DNA of 64,000 nucleotides from NCBI RefSeq assembly GCF_018350175.1, contig NC_058368.1:154010001-154074000 (forward strand), given 5' to 3'. This document shows, piece after piece, positions 1 to 12,935 of the stretch (within the stretch, counting starts at the first letter, position 1; each line of letters begins with the position of its first letter). A program made the translations under genes and the position numbers. The stretch comes from Felis catus (Eukaryota). The notes under the pieces are model-generated. The model made no database searches. It was given only the letters and a program-made list of their open reading frames with translations, and was not told where the DNA came from.

Positions 1-649
1 ACTACCAAAGCTTGGATTGAAGAGGCAGAGAAGAGAATAGGTGAACTGGAAGATAAAATTATGGAAAAAGAGGAAGCTGAGAAAAAGAGAGATAAAAAAA
101 ATCCAGGAGTATGAGGGGAAAATTAAAAAACTAAGAGTTGCACTAAAAAGAAATAATCTACACATACTGGTATTCCAGAGGAGGAAGAGAGAGGGAAAGG
201 TGCTGAAGGGGTACTTGAAGACATAATAGCTGAGAACTTCCCTGATCTGGGGAAGGAAAAAAGCATTGAAATCCAAGAGGCACAGAGAACTCCCTTCAGA
301 CGTAACTTGAACTGATCTTCTGCATGACATATCATAGTGAAACTAGCAAAATACAAGGATAAAGAGAAAATTCTGAAAGCAGCTAGGGATAAACGTGCTC
401 TAACATATAAAGGAAGACTGATAAGACTTGTGATGGATCTCTCTACTCAAATTTGGCAGGCCAGAAAGGAATGGCAGGAAATCTTCAATGTGACGAACAG
501 AAAAAAATATGCAGCCAAGAATCCTTTCTCCAGCAAATCTGTCATTTAGAATAGAAGGAGAGATAAAGGTCTTCCCAAACAAAAACTGAAGGAATTCATC
601 ACCTAGTGGTGATCCAGCCCTACAAGAGATCCTAAGGGGGATCCTGTGA
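1..649 (+). pseudogene. L1 ORF1p remnant (coiled-coil end, RRM, CTD)
   Basis: Peptides HIIVKLAKYKDKEKILKAARDKRALTYKG, QARKEWQEIF and PALQEILRGIL*. In-frame TGA at 313-315 and 325-327 (likely CGA>TGA) plus frameshifts. Confidence 0.92.
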
Positions 650-699
650 GACAAAGTACCATAGACATTGCTACAAGCATGAAACCTACAGACATCACA

Positions 700-3600
700 A
701 TGACTCTAAACTCACATATTTCTATAATAACACAATGTAAATGGACTAAATGCACCAACCAAAAGACATAGAGTATCAGAATGGATAAAAAAACAAGACC
801 TATCGATTTGCTGTCTACAAGAAACTCATTTTAGACCTGAGGACACCTTCAGATTGAAAGTGAGAGGATAGAGAACTATTTATCATGCCACTGGAAGTCA
901 AAAGAGAGCTGGAGTAGCCATACTTATATCAGACAAACTAGACTTTAAATTAAAGGCTGTAACAAGAGATGAAGAAGGGCATTATATAATAATTACAGGG
1001 TCTATCCATCAGGAAGAGCTAACAATTATAAATGTCTATGCGCCGAATACCGGAGCCCCCAAATATATAAAACAATTACAAACACAAGCAACCTTATTGA
1101 TAAGAATGTGGTAATTGCAGGGGACTTTAACACCCCACTTACAGAAATGGATAGATCAACCAAACACACGGTCAATAAAGAAACAAGGGCCCTGAATGAT
1201 ACATTGGATCAGATGGACTTGACAGATATATTTAGAACTCTGCATCCCAAAACAACAGAAGATACTTTCTTTGGGAGTGCACATGGAACATTCTCCAAGA
1301 TAGATCATATACTGGGTCACAAAACAGCCCTTCATAATTATACAAGATTGAAATCATACCATGCATACTTTCAGACCACAATGCTATGAAGCTTGAAATC
1401 AACCACAGGAAAAAGTCTGGAAAACCTTCAAAAACATGGAGGTTAAAGTATACCCTACTAAAGAATGAATGGGTCAACCAAGCAATTAGAGAAGAAATTA
1501 AAAAATATATGGAAACAAACGAAAATGAAAATACAACAATCCAAACGCTTTGGGATGCCGCGAAGGCAGTCTTGAGAGGAAAATACATTGCCATCCAGGC
1601 CTATCTCAAGAAACAAGAAAAATCCCAAATACAAAATCTAACAGCACACCTAAAGGAATTAGAAGCAGAACAAAGACACCCTAAACCCAGCAGAAGAAGA
1701 GAAACAATAAAGATTAGTGCAGAAATAAACAATATAGAATCTAAAAAAAACTATAGAGCAGATCAACGAAACCAAGAATTGTTTTTTTTAAAAAATAAAC
1801 AAAATTGATAAACCTCTAGCCAGGCTTCTCAAAAGGAAAAGGGAGATGACCCAAATAGATAAAATCATGAATGAAAATGGAATTATTACAACCAATCCCT
1901 CAGAGATACAAGCAATTATCAGGGAATACTATGAAAAACTATATGCCAACAAACTGGGCAACCTGGAAGAAATGGAAAAATTCCTAAACACCCACACGCT
2001 TCCAAAACTAAATCAGGAGGAAATAGAAAGTTTGTACAGACCCATAACCAGCGAAGAAATTGAATCAGTTATCAAAAATCTCCCAACAAATAAGAGACCA
2101 GGGTCAGATGGCTTCCCAGGGGAGTTCTACCAGACGTTTAAAGCAGAGATAATACCTATCTTTCTCAAGCTATTCCAAGAAATAGAAAGGGAAGGAAAAC
2201 TTCCAGACTCATTCTATGAAGCCAGTATTACTTTGATTCCTAAACCAGACAGAGACCCAGTAAATAAGAGAACTACAGGCCAATATCCCTGATGAATATG
2301 GGTGCAAAAATTCTCATTAAGATACTAGCAAATCGAATTCAACAGCATATAAAAAGAATTATTCACCATGATCAAGCGGGATTCATTTCTGGGCTTCAGG
2401 GCTGGTTCAACATTCGCAAATCAATCAACGTGATACATTAATAAAAGAAAAGATAAGAACCATATGATCCTGTCAATCGATGCAGAAAAGGCATTTGACA
2501 AAATTCAGCATCCTTTCTTAATAAAAACCCTCGAGAAAGTCGGGATAGAAGGAAAATACTTAAACATCATAAAAGCCATTTATGAAAAGCCCACAGCTAA
2601 CATCATCCTCAATGGGGAAAAACTGAGAGCTTTTTCCCTGAGATCAGGAACATGACAGGGATGCCTACTCTTACTGCTCTTGTTTACCATAGTGTTGGAA
2701 GTTCTAGCATCAGCAATCAGACATCAAAAGGAAATCAAAGGCATCAAAATTGGCAAAGATGAAGTCAAGCTTTCACTTTTTGCAGATGACATGATACTAT
2801 ACATGGAAAATCCGATAGACTGCACCAAAAGTCTGCTAGAACTGATACATGAATTTAGCAAAGTTGCAGGATACAAAATCAATATACAGAAATCAGTTGC
2901 ATTCTTATACACTAATAATGAAGCAACAGAAAGACAAATAAAGAAACTTATTCCATTCACAATTGCACCAGGATGCATAAAATACCTAGGAATCAATCTA
3001 ACCAAAGATGTACAAGATCTGTATGCTGAAAACTATAGAAAACTTATGAAGAAAATTGAAGAAGATATAAAGAAATGGAAAAACATTCCATGCTCATGGG
3101 TTGGAAGAATAAATATTGTCAAAATGTCAATACTACCCAAAGCTATCTATACATTCAATGCAATCCCAATCAAAATTGCACCAGCATGCTTCTCGAAGCT
3201 AGAACAAGGACTCCTAAAATTCATATGGAACCACAAAAGGCCCCGAATAGCCAAAGTAATTTTGAAGAAGAAGGCCAAAGCAGGAGACATCACAATCCCA
3301 GACTTTAGCCTCTACTACAAAGCTGTCATCATCAAGACAGCATGGTATTGGCACAAAAACAGACACATAGACCAATGGAATGGAATAGAAACCCCAGAAC
3401 TAGACCCACAAACGTGTGGCCAACTCATCTTTGACAAAGCAGGGAAGAACATCCAGTGGAAAAAAGACAGTCTCTTTAACAAATGGTGCTGGGAGAACTG
3501 GGCAGCAACATGCAGAAGATTGAAACTAGACCACTTTCTCACACCATTCACAAAAATAAACTCAAAATGGATAAAGGACTTGAATGTGAGACAGGAAACC

Positions 3601-4481
3601 ATCAAAGCCCTAGAGGAGAAAGCAGGAAAAGACCTCTCTGACCTCAGCTGCAGCAATTTCTTACTTGACACATCCCCAAAGGCAAGGGAATTAAAAGCAA
3701 AAATGAACTATTGGGACCTCATGAAGATAAAAAGCCTCTGCACAGCAAAGGAAACAACCAACAAAACTAAAAGGCAACCAACGGAATGGGAAAAGATATT
3801 TGCAATGACATATCGGACAAAGGGCTAGTATCCCAAATCTATAAAGAGCTCACCAAACCTCACACCCGAAAAACAAATAATCCAGTGAAGAAATGGGCAG
3901 AAAACATGAATAGACACTTCTCTAAAGAAGACATCCGGATGGCCAACAGGCACATGAAAAGATGCTCAATGTTGCTCCTCATCAGGGAAATACAAATCAA
4001 AACCACACTCAGATATCACCTCATGCCAGCCAGAGTGGCCAAAATGAACAAATCAGGAGACTATAGATGCTGGAGAGGATGTGGAGAAACGGGAACCCTC
4101 TTGCACTGTTGGTGGGAATGCAAACTGGTGCAGCTGCTCTGGAAAACATGTGGAGGCTACCCTATGACTCAGCAGTAGCACTGCTAGGGATTTACCAAGG
4201 GATACAGGAGTACTGATGCATAGGGGCACTTGTACCCCAATGTTTATAGCAGCACTCTCAACAATAGCCAAATTATGCAAAGAGCCTAAATGTCCATCAA
4301 CTGACAAATGGATAAAGAAATTGTGGTTTATATACACAATGGAGTACTACGTGGCAATGAGAAAGAATGAAATATGGCCCTTTGTGGCAACGTGGACGAA
4401 CTGGAGAGTGTGATGCTAAGTGAAATAAGCCATACAGAGAAAGACAGATACCATATGTGTTCACTCTTATGTGGATCCTGA
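700..4481 (+). pseudogene. L1 ORF2p remnant (APE endonuclease, reverse transcriptase, CCHC zinc knuckle)
   Basis: NVNGLNAP start region, [43 protein letters not shown] (~2776-2802), YLGINL and [18 protein letters not shown] (~4068-4121). Split into several ORF-track pieces by frameshifts and a TGA at 2653-2655. Longest intact piece is 2680-3828. Confidence 0.97.
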
Positions 4482-5576
4482 GAAACTTAACAGGAACCCA
4501 TGGGGGAGGGGAAGGAAAAAAAAAGAGGTTAGAGTGGGAGAGAGCCAAAGCATAAGAGACTCCTAAAAACTGAGAACAAACTGAGGGTTGATGGGGGGTG
4601 GGAGGGAGGGGAGGGTGGGTGATGGGTATTGAGGAGGGCATCTGTTGGGATGAGCACTGGTTGTTGTATGGAAATCAATTTGACAATAAATTTCATATAT
4701 TAGAAAAACAAACAAAAAAATAAAAAGTAAAATAAAACCATGAAAGACTGGATTGAGCCTAAAGTTAAAATTGGTAAAGAAGTAGTGGTCACTTAGAATA
4801 GCCAAGATAGGAAGATGTTTGGTCAATTTTGTAGTTTGGACAGTGTTCATTATTTCTGTTGAAACATGATTATAAATTATTGTTTTGTTGTCAAAAAAAA
4901 AGAATATCATGGAATATTATTGTATATATGGTTGTAAAAGAAAGTTCACAAATGGGAAGGACCAGAAATAATCTATGTGGTCAGTAGGAGCTCACTAGGT
5001 CTTCACTGCAGTGTCTACTCTGACGTTAATACAGTTTAACTTTTTCAGAATCTCAAATTCATTATTCAAATTCTTAAGAAAAATAATTGACTCTTCACTT
5101 GAGTCAGCCAATGGACTAGCTAATTTGGGTCAATTGTGCATTTCTGGTCCAATCAACTGAGGTCTGAAGAATGAGGTTGCCATATAATATATGGCGCCAT
5201 CCTCTTCTGAGCAGTACACAGAGTAAGTTCTTTGTGAAGGTACAGGAATGGGAAGGACATTATGGATGCTTTAGTACTGTGTTTCTTCCATTTGCATTAC
5301 ACTATCTTCCATATTTCTTCTGACTTGTAATGTGCCTGCTTTACCATCAAAAGTTGTATAGGCCTTAAGTATATATATTCCGGAACTTTCCAAAAAGTCA
5401 CCACATTCTTGTTTGATGCTTGTTCTTGATCAGAGCTTGCATTTTATCCAGATGCATCTATCATCTTAATTTTATTTTTGAACTGTGCTGACACATTACA
5501 GTCTGTGTTTCTCCAGGCCCCTCCCACTTAGAGTGACAAAAAGGTTAAAAAGTTTTGCAACAAAATGGAATTTCAG

Positions 5577-5732
5577 TTGCTGAGTTTGGCTCAGGTCATG
5601 ATCTCACAGTTCACGCATTCAAGCACCGAATCAGGTGTTGACAGCTCAGAGCACAGAACCTTCTTCATATTCTGTGTCTCCCTCTCTCTCTCAAAAATAA
5701 ATAAATAAAACATTAAAAAAAATTAAAAAAAA
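5577..5732 (+). mobile_element. CAN-SINE, 5'-truncated and degraded
   Basis: GCTCAGGTCATGATCTCACAGTT, TGACAGCTCAGAGC, (CT)n, then AATAAA and an A tail. Confidence 0.85.
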
Positions 5733-6605
5733 TTCTCAAGATACTTAATGTTACTGTAAGCCTCTTCCTCATGTGATTGAGTTCAAAGACAGAAAACAGG
5801 TAAGAGTTTCCCTATACACCTTTACATCTATCTCAGTGGCCAGATGTAGGTCATAATTTCATGGCTGAAATCAAGAAATCTCTATTCATTACCCAGCTAA
5901 CATTGATGTTTGACCAGAAACTAAGAAGGCAGGAAGTATCTTAGGTGTAGACAAGAAATGACATTTATTATTTTACCCCTTCATTGTAATGCAGACACTA
6001 AAATTTGGATGCAACTAACTTTACTCCAGTGGCTTAGATTTATAAAAGCCAATGCCTCACACACCTGTATCCCCGGTGATTAGTTCTGTAACCTGGGCTT
6101 ACGCCAATTGGCACATGGTGTTTCTCTGGCCACAGGAATGCTTTCAGGACTAGTTTGATCAAAATAAAGCTGACAGCTTTTCTTAGATCTTCTATAGTAC
6201 AGAGCCCTCTTTCCTGGAAAGTGCCTTATGTAGAGGACTTCTTTAACCATTTTGTCTGTTAGGGAAACCAGACTCAGGATAAGTCTGACTCTACCAAATG
6301 TCAAGGAAAGAGAAAAAAAAATAGCTTCCATGTTGACATTGGTTAGGTGCTGAATCAAACCACTGTGAAAACCACCAGTTAGGCGACCCAGTCAAGTCTC
6401 TTTAATGTTAGAGCTAAGTTTGTTTGAGGGTTTTTGCTAAGTATTAGCCCTAAATAATATGGTAGGATTTTGATTTGTTATTATAGTTCTTAAAAACTAA
6501 GGCTTATATGAAAAATAAATTTGTATTTTTGAAAGAAAAATGTTCTAACAAATCTATTGTAAAGATTTTTTAAATCCACCATTTTATTAAGAAGAAGAAA
6601 ATTTT

Positions 6606-6850
6606 GGGGGGTACCTGGGTGTCTCAGTTCGTTGAGCATCCTATTTCGGCTCAGATCATGATCTCACAGTTTGTGGGTCCAAGCCCTGCATCAGGCCCTG
6701 TGCTGACAGCTCAGAGCCTGGAGCCTAGTTCAGATTCTGTGTCTCCCTTTCTTTCTGCCTTCCCAGGCTCGTGCTCGCTCTCTGTCTCTCTCTTCTCTTT
6801 CTCTCTCTTTCCAAATAAGTAAACGTTAAAAAAAATTAAAAGAAAATAAG
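6606..6850 (+). mobile_element. CAN-SINE (felid SINEC_Fc type)
   Basis: Head GGGGGTACCTGGGTGTCTCAGTT, body, (CT)n, A tail. Confidence 0.93.
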
Positions 6851-6880
6851 GAGAAATTTTTAAAAATTATTGGTGATACA

Positions 6881-7085
6881 GGTGCATGGGTGGCTCAGTC
6901 AGTTAAGTTAAGCGACCAACTCTTGATTTCAGCTCAGGTCACGATCTTGTGGTTCGTGAGATCATGCCCTGAATTGGGCTAGGCCCGTAGAGCATGGAGC
7001 TTGCTTGGGATTCTCTCTCCCTCTCTCTCTGCCTCTTCCCCATTCATGTGCATGTGCACTCTCTCTCAAAATCAATAAAAAAACA
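6881..7085 (+). mobile_element. CAN-SINE (older subtype)
   Basis: GGGTGGCTCAGTCAGTTAAG head, GCTTGGGATTCTCTCTC body, A tail. Confidence 0.9.
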
Positions 7086-7189
7086 ATAATAATATTATTA
7101 TTGGCAATAAAGTACCTATATCTTTTTCAGAGTAAGTTATCCAGTCTAATAGCAAAACAAAGCCTTTGCTTTAAAATTTTTCAGAGACA

Positions 7190-7425
7190 GGTGCCTGGGT
7201 GACTCACTTGGTTAAGTGCCTAACTTTGGCTCAGGTCAGGATTGTAGGTTTGTGGGTTCAAGCCCTGCCTCGGGCTCTGTGCTGACAGCTCAGAGCCTGG
7301 AGCCTGCTTTAGATTCTGTGTCTCCCTCTCTCTCTGTCCCTCCCCTGCTCCCACTCTGTCTCTCTCTCTCTCAAAAGTGAATAAATAGTAAAAAACAAAA
7401 AACAAAAAAAAATTAAAAAAAATTT
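7190..7425 (+). mobile_element. CAN-SINE (SINEC_Fc type)
   Basis: GGTGCCTGGGTGACTCA head, GCTGACAGCTCAGAGCCTGGAGCCTGC body, (CT)n, A tail. Confidence 0.93.
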
Positions 7426-10214
7426 CAAAGAGAGATGTTCTTTATTTTCTTGATGGTAATTTTGTGCTAGTATATTTATAATATTTGTTTTTACTATGTA
7501 TGCATTATAAACACATTGGCTTTGTATATAATCAAAAATTAAGTTTCTCTGAAGTTTAAGGACACAAAGAATGTGATTAGAACATAGTACCTACTGAATA
7601 TTTAATTTAAACTTGATTCCTATAAATATGAAAACAATATAATTGAAATTCAGTCCTTCCTGTTATAAAATTCCTAGTAATTCATTCTAAGAAAAGTTGC
7701 AGGAGGTAAAATATCTCTTCGTGGCCTGCACAGTCGATGGAGGCCTGTGACATGGTCTCACCTTCACGTCAGTGCTCAGCTGCCCCTGTTAGCTTCCACC
7801 TGCTTTCTGAGGACCAGACTTGCTTTGTATGTTTAAACCCTAGTGGCCAAGGGCCTCTTAGCACCCCACACATCAATTTCTTTGTTTGGATGGTTCGACA
7901 TTTCTATAATGGGATTGTTCCATGACTGTTCATTAATAAATATGCTTCAGCCATTTCCAAGTTCATGTCCACTTGTCATGTCGGCCTGTAAATTCTGACC
8001 CCGTGGTACCAGTGCTGCAGATACACAGACAGAAACTCACTTTTTTGGTTAGTTTATTTGAGCTTAAGGAAAAACCTGTGAAATCTATGCCTGAATAAAT
8101 CCACACTTCTGGGGGGGAAATATGAAAAAAAATCTCATTGATTCACTTTCTTTGGGAGGCTTCAAATCCAGAGTAGGTTGTAATTGGGTTAGCAATAATA
8201 TAATCTCTGATCCTCCAGTACAAGCCTTTCAGGGCCTAAGATGTCAGTGGGAAACTGAGGAGTCATGCATTGTGTCTCAATACTTTGAGAAACCAAAATG
8301 ATAAGGCTTAGAAATTTTTGTAGTATGACCTTTTTGTTAATTATTTTAAATAAGTCAAAAGTTATCATTGGAAATGTTTAATTCTCCTGTGTGTAATTTT
8401 TCATTTCCAAATCACCAGAAGAAACGAACATTAGTCCTTTTCACATAAAATCATACACTGTCTTTTTACCTATATCACTGTTTTCAAGCGTGTTTTACAC
8501 ACACATATGAGAAATTATATATGCATGTGTACATATGAATGCGTTTGAGTTAGTGTCCTTATTTTTAACATTTTCTTAGAATGTAGTGGGTAGACATATG
8601 TGAAGACTGAGTTTAATGATTTAGTACCACCCTGCTGAGTCTTAACCATCAGTACATGCCTGTGCTAGGCCAGGTTTTATTTCCAGTTTATTTCAATTAA
8701 GTGTCTGTAATGCAATTACATGGCGCAGGAAGGATCTGTTGATGTTGTGAATTTGATTTTTAATAACATTACTCTAACTATAATGTGCCTTTATAACTTT
8801 GAAAATTCCTATTAGATAATTATCTTTCTATCAACTATTAGGAAATGTCTCATTTCTACAATTACGGGGAAGGATTTCCTTTAAGGTGAGTTACAGTGGT
8901 GACGGAACTAGACTCACTGCTTGATTTATTAACTGGAAACTCGCTCTTGATATATCTGGCATGTTTTGGCTAAAGGTAATTCCGAAATATCATGCATGGA
9001 GTTTTCATTTATAGTAAAAACTCCTCATTACTTATGTTGTTATATTTGCCTTTTCTTCATTTTTTTCTCCTGCATTTCTGTTTCTGTTTTCCACCCACAT
9101 TTCCTTTTCCCTTTTCTGAAGTTTCCAGGATTTCCATTGGGAAATGACATTTAAAATAATGAGAGTTCTTAACATTCAGGTAGCTAAGGAGTACTTGGAT
9201 TTTTGGTTTTGAAACATTATTTCCCTGCAACAGGTGCAGAGCAGATGTCCACCTATATGGAGTGTAATGATATGTCATATAAAGTGTTCACTCTTCTTTG
9301 GTTAATATTCTTTCTAACATTGAAGATGTCTTGTAAAACATAGTGGCATGTGTTGTTCAAGAGAAACACCCACCATAATAATGTTATATTGCATGTAATA
9401 GCACTATTATTTTCAATATTGGAAAATACATATGATACTGCGAACATTGATTGATATCTTCTACCCAGAAGATTTTTAAATTAGAAACATCTTTGTGAAA
9501 ATTGCCAATTAAGGCTGAAGTTAATGACCACTGAAGTGAACATATTGTTTTAACCTCATTAAGTATAATGAATGGATAGCCATGAGTTTGATTTTATTTT
9601 ACTACAAACTTAAAAAAAAGAATGGTTTTCAATTTAGGAGTTTTTCATTGTTTATCCAAATCAGCACCTGCAAAAAAGTTGGTTTTATTTTTACCTATTT
9701 TAGGTAAAGACTTTATTCGATTTTTTTGGTAGAAAAATTAATTTCCATTTATTTCTAGTGTCCTTAACGTTGAAATCTAATCTTGTAAATAAAAGCAGTG
9801 CTCAAAACAGAAAGGGTGGCATCTAGATAGTTACATATATTAATATCAAATGGAGTGTGAATGGTAAACCAAATTATGAAGAAGATTGTATAAGTTTATT
9901 CGATGATGAGCTTGCCTCATTTTCTTTTTCTTATTCTAAAAATAATTGAAAGATATAATGGAATCTAATAAGGCATTTCTGTGGCTACTGATTGCATATT
10001 CAAAGTAGAATTGGTTTTTTAGTGTATTAAAATTTTAGGAATCTACAACAGGATGTTCCTAAATTAGGACATATCATTGGATCAAATTTAATTTATTTGT
10101 TGATTTTTTTTTTTTTTTTTTTTTGCCACAACATTAATGTCTAGATAATGGCCTTCGGTCCTCTTGTGTTAAATAAGAATACTTCATATGTATTTGTCTT
10201 CATGCTTTTTTCAG

Positions 10215-10399
10215 TTTGACAGTTGAAGTTGACCTTACAGTACTGACCTCCAAGACAACCCTTGGCTGAGATCTCTGACACTAGAACTCTCTGCAGTCTT
10301 TATCTTAGACTTTTGAGACTTGGAGCTGCCACGGTATGTGAGCTATGGTCAAGTCCTATACCGACCAGTTTTATTCACCAGGGAGCAAGCTGAGACCAG
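10215..10399 (+). other. Candidate exon A (5'UTR plus possible start codon at 10345)
   Basis: Acceptor TTTTTTCAG (AG 10213-14) and strong donor CAG|GTAAGC (10400). GCTATGG Kozak context, then 18 open codons (MVKSYTDQFYSPGSKLRP) plus 1 nt. Non-repeat sequence with locally higher GC. Confidence 0.4.
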
Positions 10400-11580
10400 G
10401 TAAGCAGCTTGCTATACTTCTGAAATTAATAGCCATCTTGACAAGAGTTGTTTATCTTTTTCTCTTATTTTAATTGATGAACACTTACTGGATCTCTAGA
10501 GAACTATAAGTGACAGAGTCCAGTTGATACAGAATACTAGATTGAGCCACTATATATTAACCCTTTAGTTTTGTTTTTCCCCATGGCTTCTAAAATAAGA
10601 GTTGAACTGTTAACACTGTTGAGTTCTTTTTTCAATATATTGTTTTTCATGGATAGCACCACGTTGATTTTGTTCTTATATGAACTAATGACCTAATCAT
10701 TGCTTAAATTTATTTGTTAAACACATCATAAAATTAGAATGATTTAATGTCTTAATCTACACTGGGCTGGAGTAGGCAGAAGGCAGAATTTCTCCTCCTG
10801 GCATACCGAGTTACCTTTGTAAATCTCAATCCTAAAACTAAATTTTGAAGTGACATTTACCAAGTCTTGCAGTTTTGTAAAAGCAATGACAAATATTTTA
10901 TTTGTAAGAAAAATGCTTTTTTGAAATGTTATTTTTTATTAGTACTTTTATATGTGTCAAAATGTGCTAGTTATTTGGCGACCCGGTGGCCAGGAACTCA
11001 TTATTTCATCTTCTTTTTTAGAAAAGAGAAGGCCCCCATCAGCCAAGGGCAAGTCTCTGGTGAAGGGGTCAGCTGTGAGCTGTTAGCAGACAACACTTAC
11101 AGTGGCTGATAGATGGATTCATCTGCCTGGTAAAGGGAATCACGTGGAACATCCCAGAGACTGCTGTAATCAGAAAGAGATATACAAATATATCTAAAAT
11201 CATGAAATGTCATATAAGGTAGGCCTCAAAAAAGTCTAAATTCATAGGATAAGGTGCCACTCTTCAAAATTTAAGTGGTTTTAAGATACATCTAAAAGTG
11301 TTATTCTATACAATTAAGCAATCATTAATCCAGTATATCAGAGTGAATTAAATAAGAATGAAGTTTGGATAGTGTTTGAATTAAAAAAAATCACACACGT
11401 TTTTATGGAAATTGTAATTATCTCATATTTCAAGGTTATCTTCTGAAAGGATGACTTTCACTTGGAGTGTCTGTTGATGGTAAAGACTAAATATGATCTG
11501 GTACTATCATGCTCTATGTATTATACTACCATTCGAGCATTCATATACATAGTAAATATTTATTAAGAATATACGAAATA

Positions 11581-11791
11581 GGGGTGCCTGGGTGGCTCAG
11601 TCGGTTGAGCGTCTGACTTCAGCTCAGGTCATGATCTCGCAGTTGACAAATTCGAGCCCCGTGTCGGGCTCTGTGCTGACAGCTCAGAGCCTGGAGCCTG
11701 CTTCAGATTCTGTGTCTCCCTTTCTCTCTGCCTCTCCCCCGTTTTCTCTGTCTCAAAAATAAAGTTACACATTTAAAAAAAATTAAAAAAA
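11581..11791 (+). mobile_element. CAN-SINE with 16-bp TSD
   Basis: Full-length. TSD AAGAATATAC(G/T)AAATA at 11565-11580 and 11792-11807. Confidence 0.96.
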
Positions 11792-11849
11792 AAGAATATA
11801 CTAAATAAAAGCGCTGTGCTAAAGATGCAATAAAAAATGTTTAGTCTAG

Positions 11850-12240
11850 GAGATAATTTCTACAGGTTTGAACTTACAAACTTTAAAGTGGATGTTGGGA
11901 AGGAAAATGTATGGAAGTATAGTATATTTCAGGTATAAAAGAGTTAGTTTTAGAGTGTAAGGGATGTTACCCTGATGAAAGGATGTTGGAGCTGAAGTCT
12001 GAAAGATGATAGGCATCAAAGATGGGAGAGACTGCTCCAAGCAGATTGAACAGGATATTCAGAGGACATAAGCCAGGAGGGAAAATGATGCTTTCAAGGA
12101 ACTGAACATAGTCCAGGATAGTAATGGGAATGTGGGAAAAGTGGTTTAACATGACAATTAAGAGATTAGTATAGGCCAGTTCATAAAGAATCTTGTAGAC
12201 CATAGGAAACCTTGGATCTTTACTGTGAAAGCAAGGGGAA
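11850..12240 (-). mobile_element. Probable ancient L2 fragment
   Basis: Purine-rich + strand with L2-like phrases (GAATCTTGTAGACCATAGGAAACCTTGGATCTTTACT). Confidence 0.5.
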
Positions 12241-12279
12241 ATCATTCATTAATATTGTCTGTTTAAAACTCATCCATGA

Positions 12280-12388
12280 GGGGTGCCTGCCTGGCTCATT
12301 TGGTAGAGCGTACAACTCTTGGTGTTGGGGTTGTAAGTTTGAGCCCCAATATTGGGTATAGAAATTACTTAAAAATAAAATCTTTTTA
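12280..12388 (+). mobile_element. Short tRNA-like CAN-SINE (old, head-only type)
   Basis: A-box-like TGGCTCATTTGG, B-box-like GTTTGAGCCC, and tail ATTACTTAAAAATAAAATC. Outer TSD-like pair at 12265-12279 and 12616-12630. Confidence 0.8.
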
Positions 12389-12600
12389 GGGGCGCCTGGG
12401 TGGCGCAGTCGGTTAAGCGTCCGACTTCAGCCAGGTCACGATCTCGCGGTCCGTGAGTTCGAGCCCCGCGTCGGGCTCTGGGCTGATGGCTCGGAGCCTG
12501 GAGCCTGTTTCCGATTCTGTGTCTCCCTCTCTCTCTGTCCCTCCCCCGTTCATGCTCTGTCTCTCTCTGTCCCAGAAATAAAAAAATAAATAAATAAAAT
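12389..12600 (+). mobile_element. Young CAN-SINE (SINEC_Fc) nested in the tail of the short SINE
   Basis: CpG-rich, near-consensus sequence (GGCGCAGTCGGTTAAGCGTCCGACTTCAGCCAGGTCACG). TSD AAATAAAATCTTTTT on both sides. Confidence 0.97.
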
Positions 12601-12935
12601 CTTTTTTTAAAAAAAAAAGCTCATAAATGATTTTCCCATATTCCCAATTTGAAAGTGTGTGAAGCAGGGCTAAGTAGACAGCTTGAACATGTACTTAAAG
12701 GAAAGTGCGTGGTCTTTTGTCTAATCTTTTAGGCCTTTGGCTAACAAGAAAAGAAGATTTGGAAAGAACTATTGAGTAGATGACATAAGTTTGCTTTGGG
12801 ATCGGTCAGTTTTTGGTGAAACATTCTGGCGGAGATATTGACTAGACTTATCCTAATGGAGTTCTGTCGTTCAGGTACATGATTTGTTCTAATGATACAA
12901 GTTTAAAAATCATTAGCATAGAAAGAGTAATAGAG

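Larger units (their letters stand above)
1..4737 (+). mobile_element. LINE-1 retrotransposon (felid L1), cut by the window edge, inactivated
   Basis: Collinear ORF1 C-terminus, ORF2 fragments with EN, RT and CCHC motifs, G-rich 3'UTR, AATAAA at 4685-4690, and an A-rich tail at ~4702-4737. Confidence 0.98.

Noticed and set aside
2680..3828. 382-aa reverse transcriptase ORF as a functional or novel RT system
   Set aside because: It is a fragment of a standard L1 ORF2, lacking the upstream RT motifs because of a stop and frameshifts.
400..4910. Minus-strand ORFs over the L1
   Set aside because: Antisense shadows of L1 with no independent coding signal.
12280..12360. Possible tRNA gene
   Set aside because: Degenerate boxes, SINE-type head, A tail and TSD indicate a tRNA-derived SINE.
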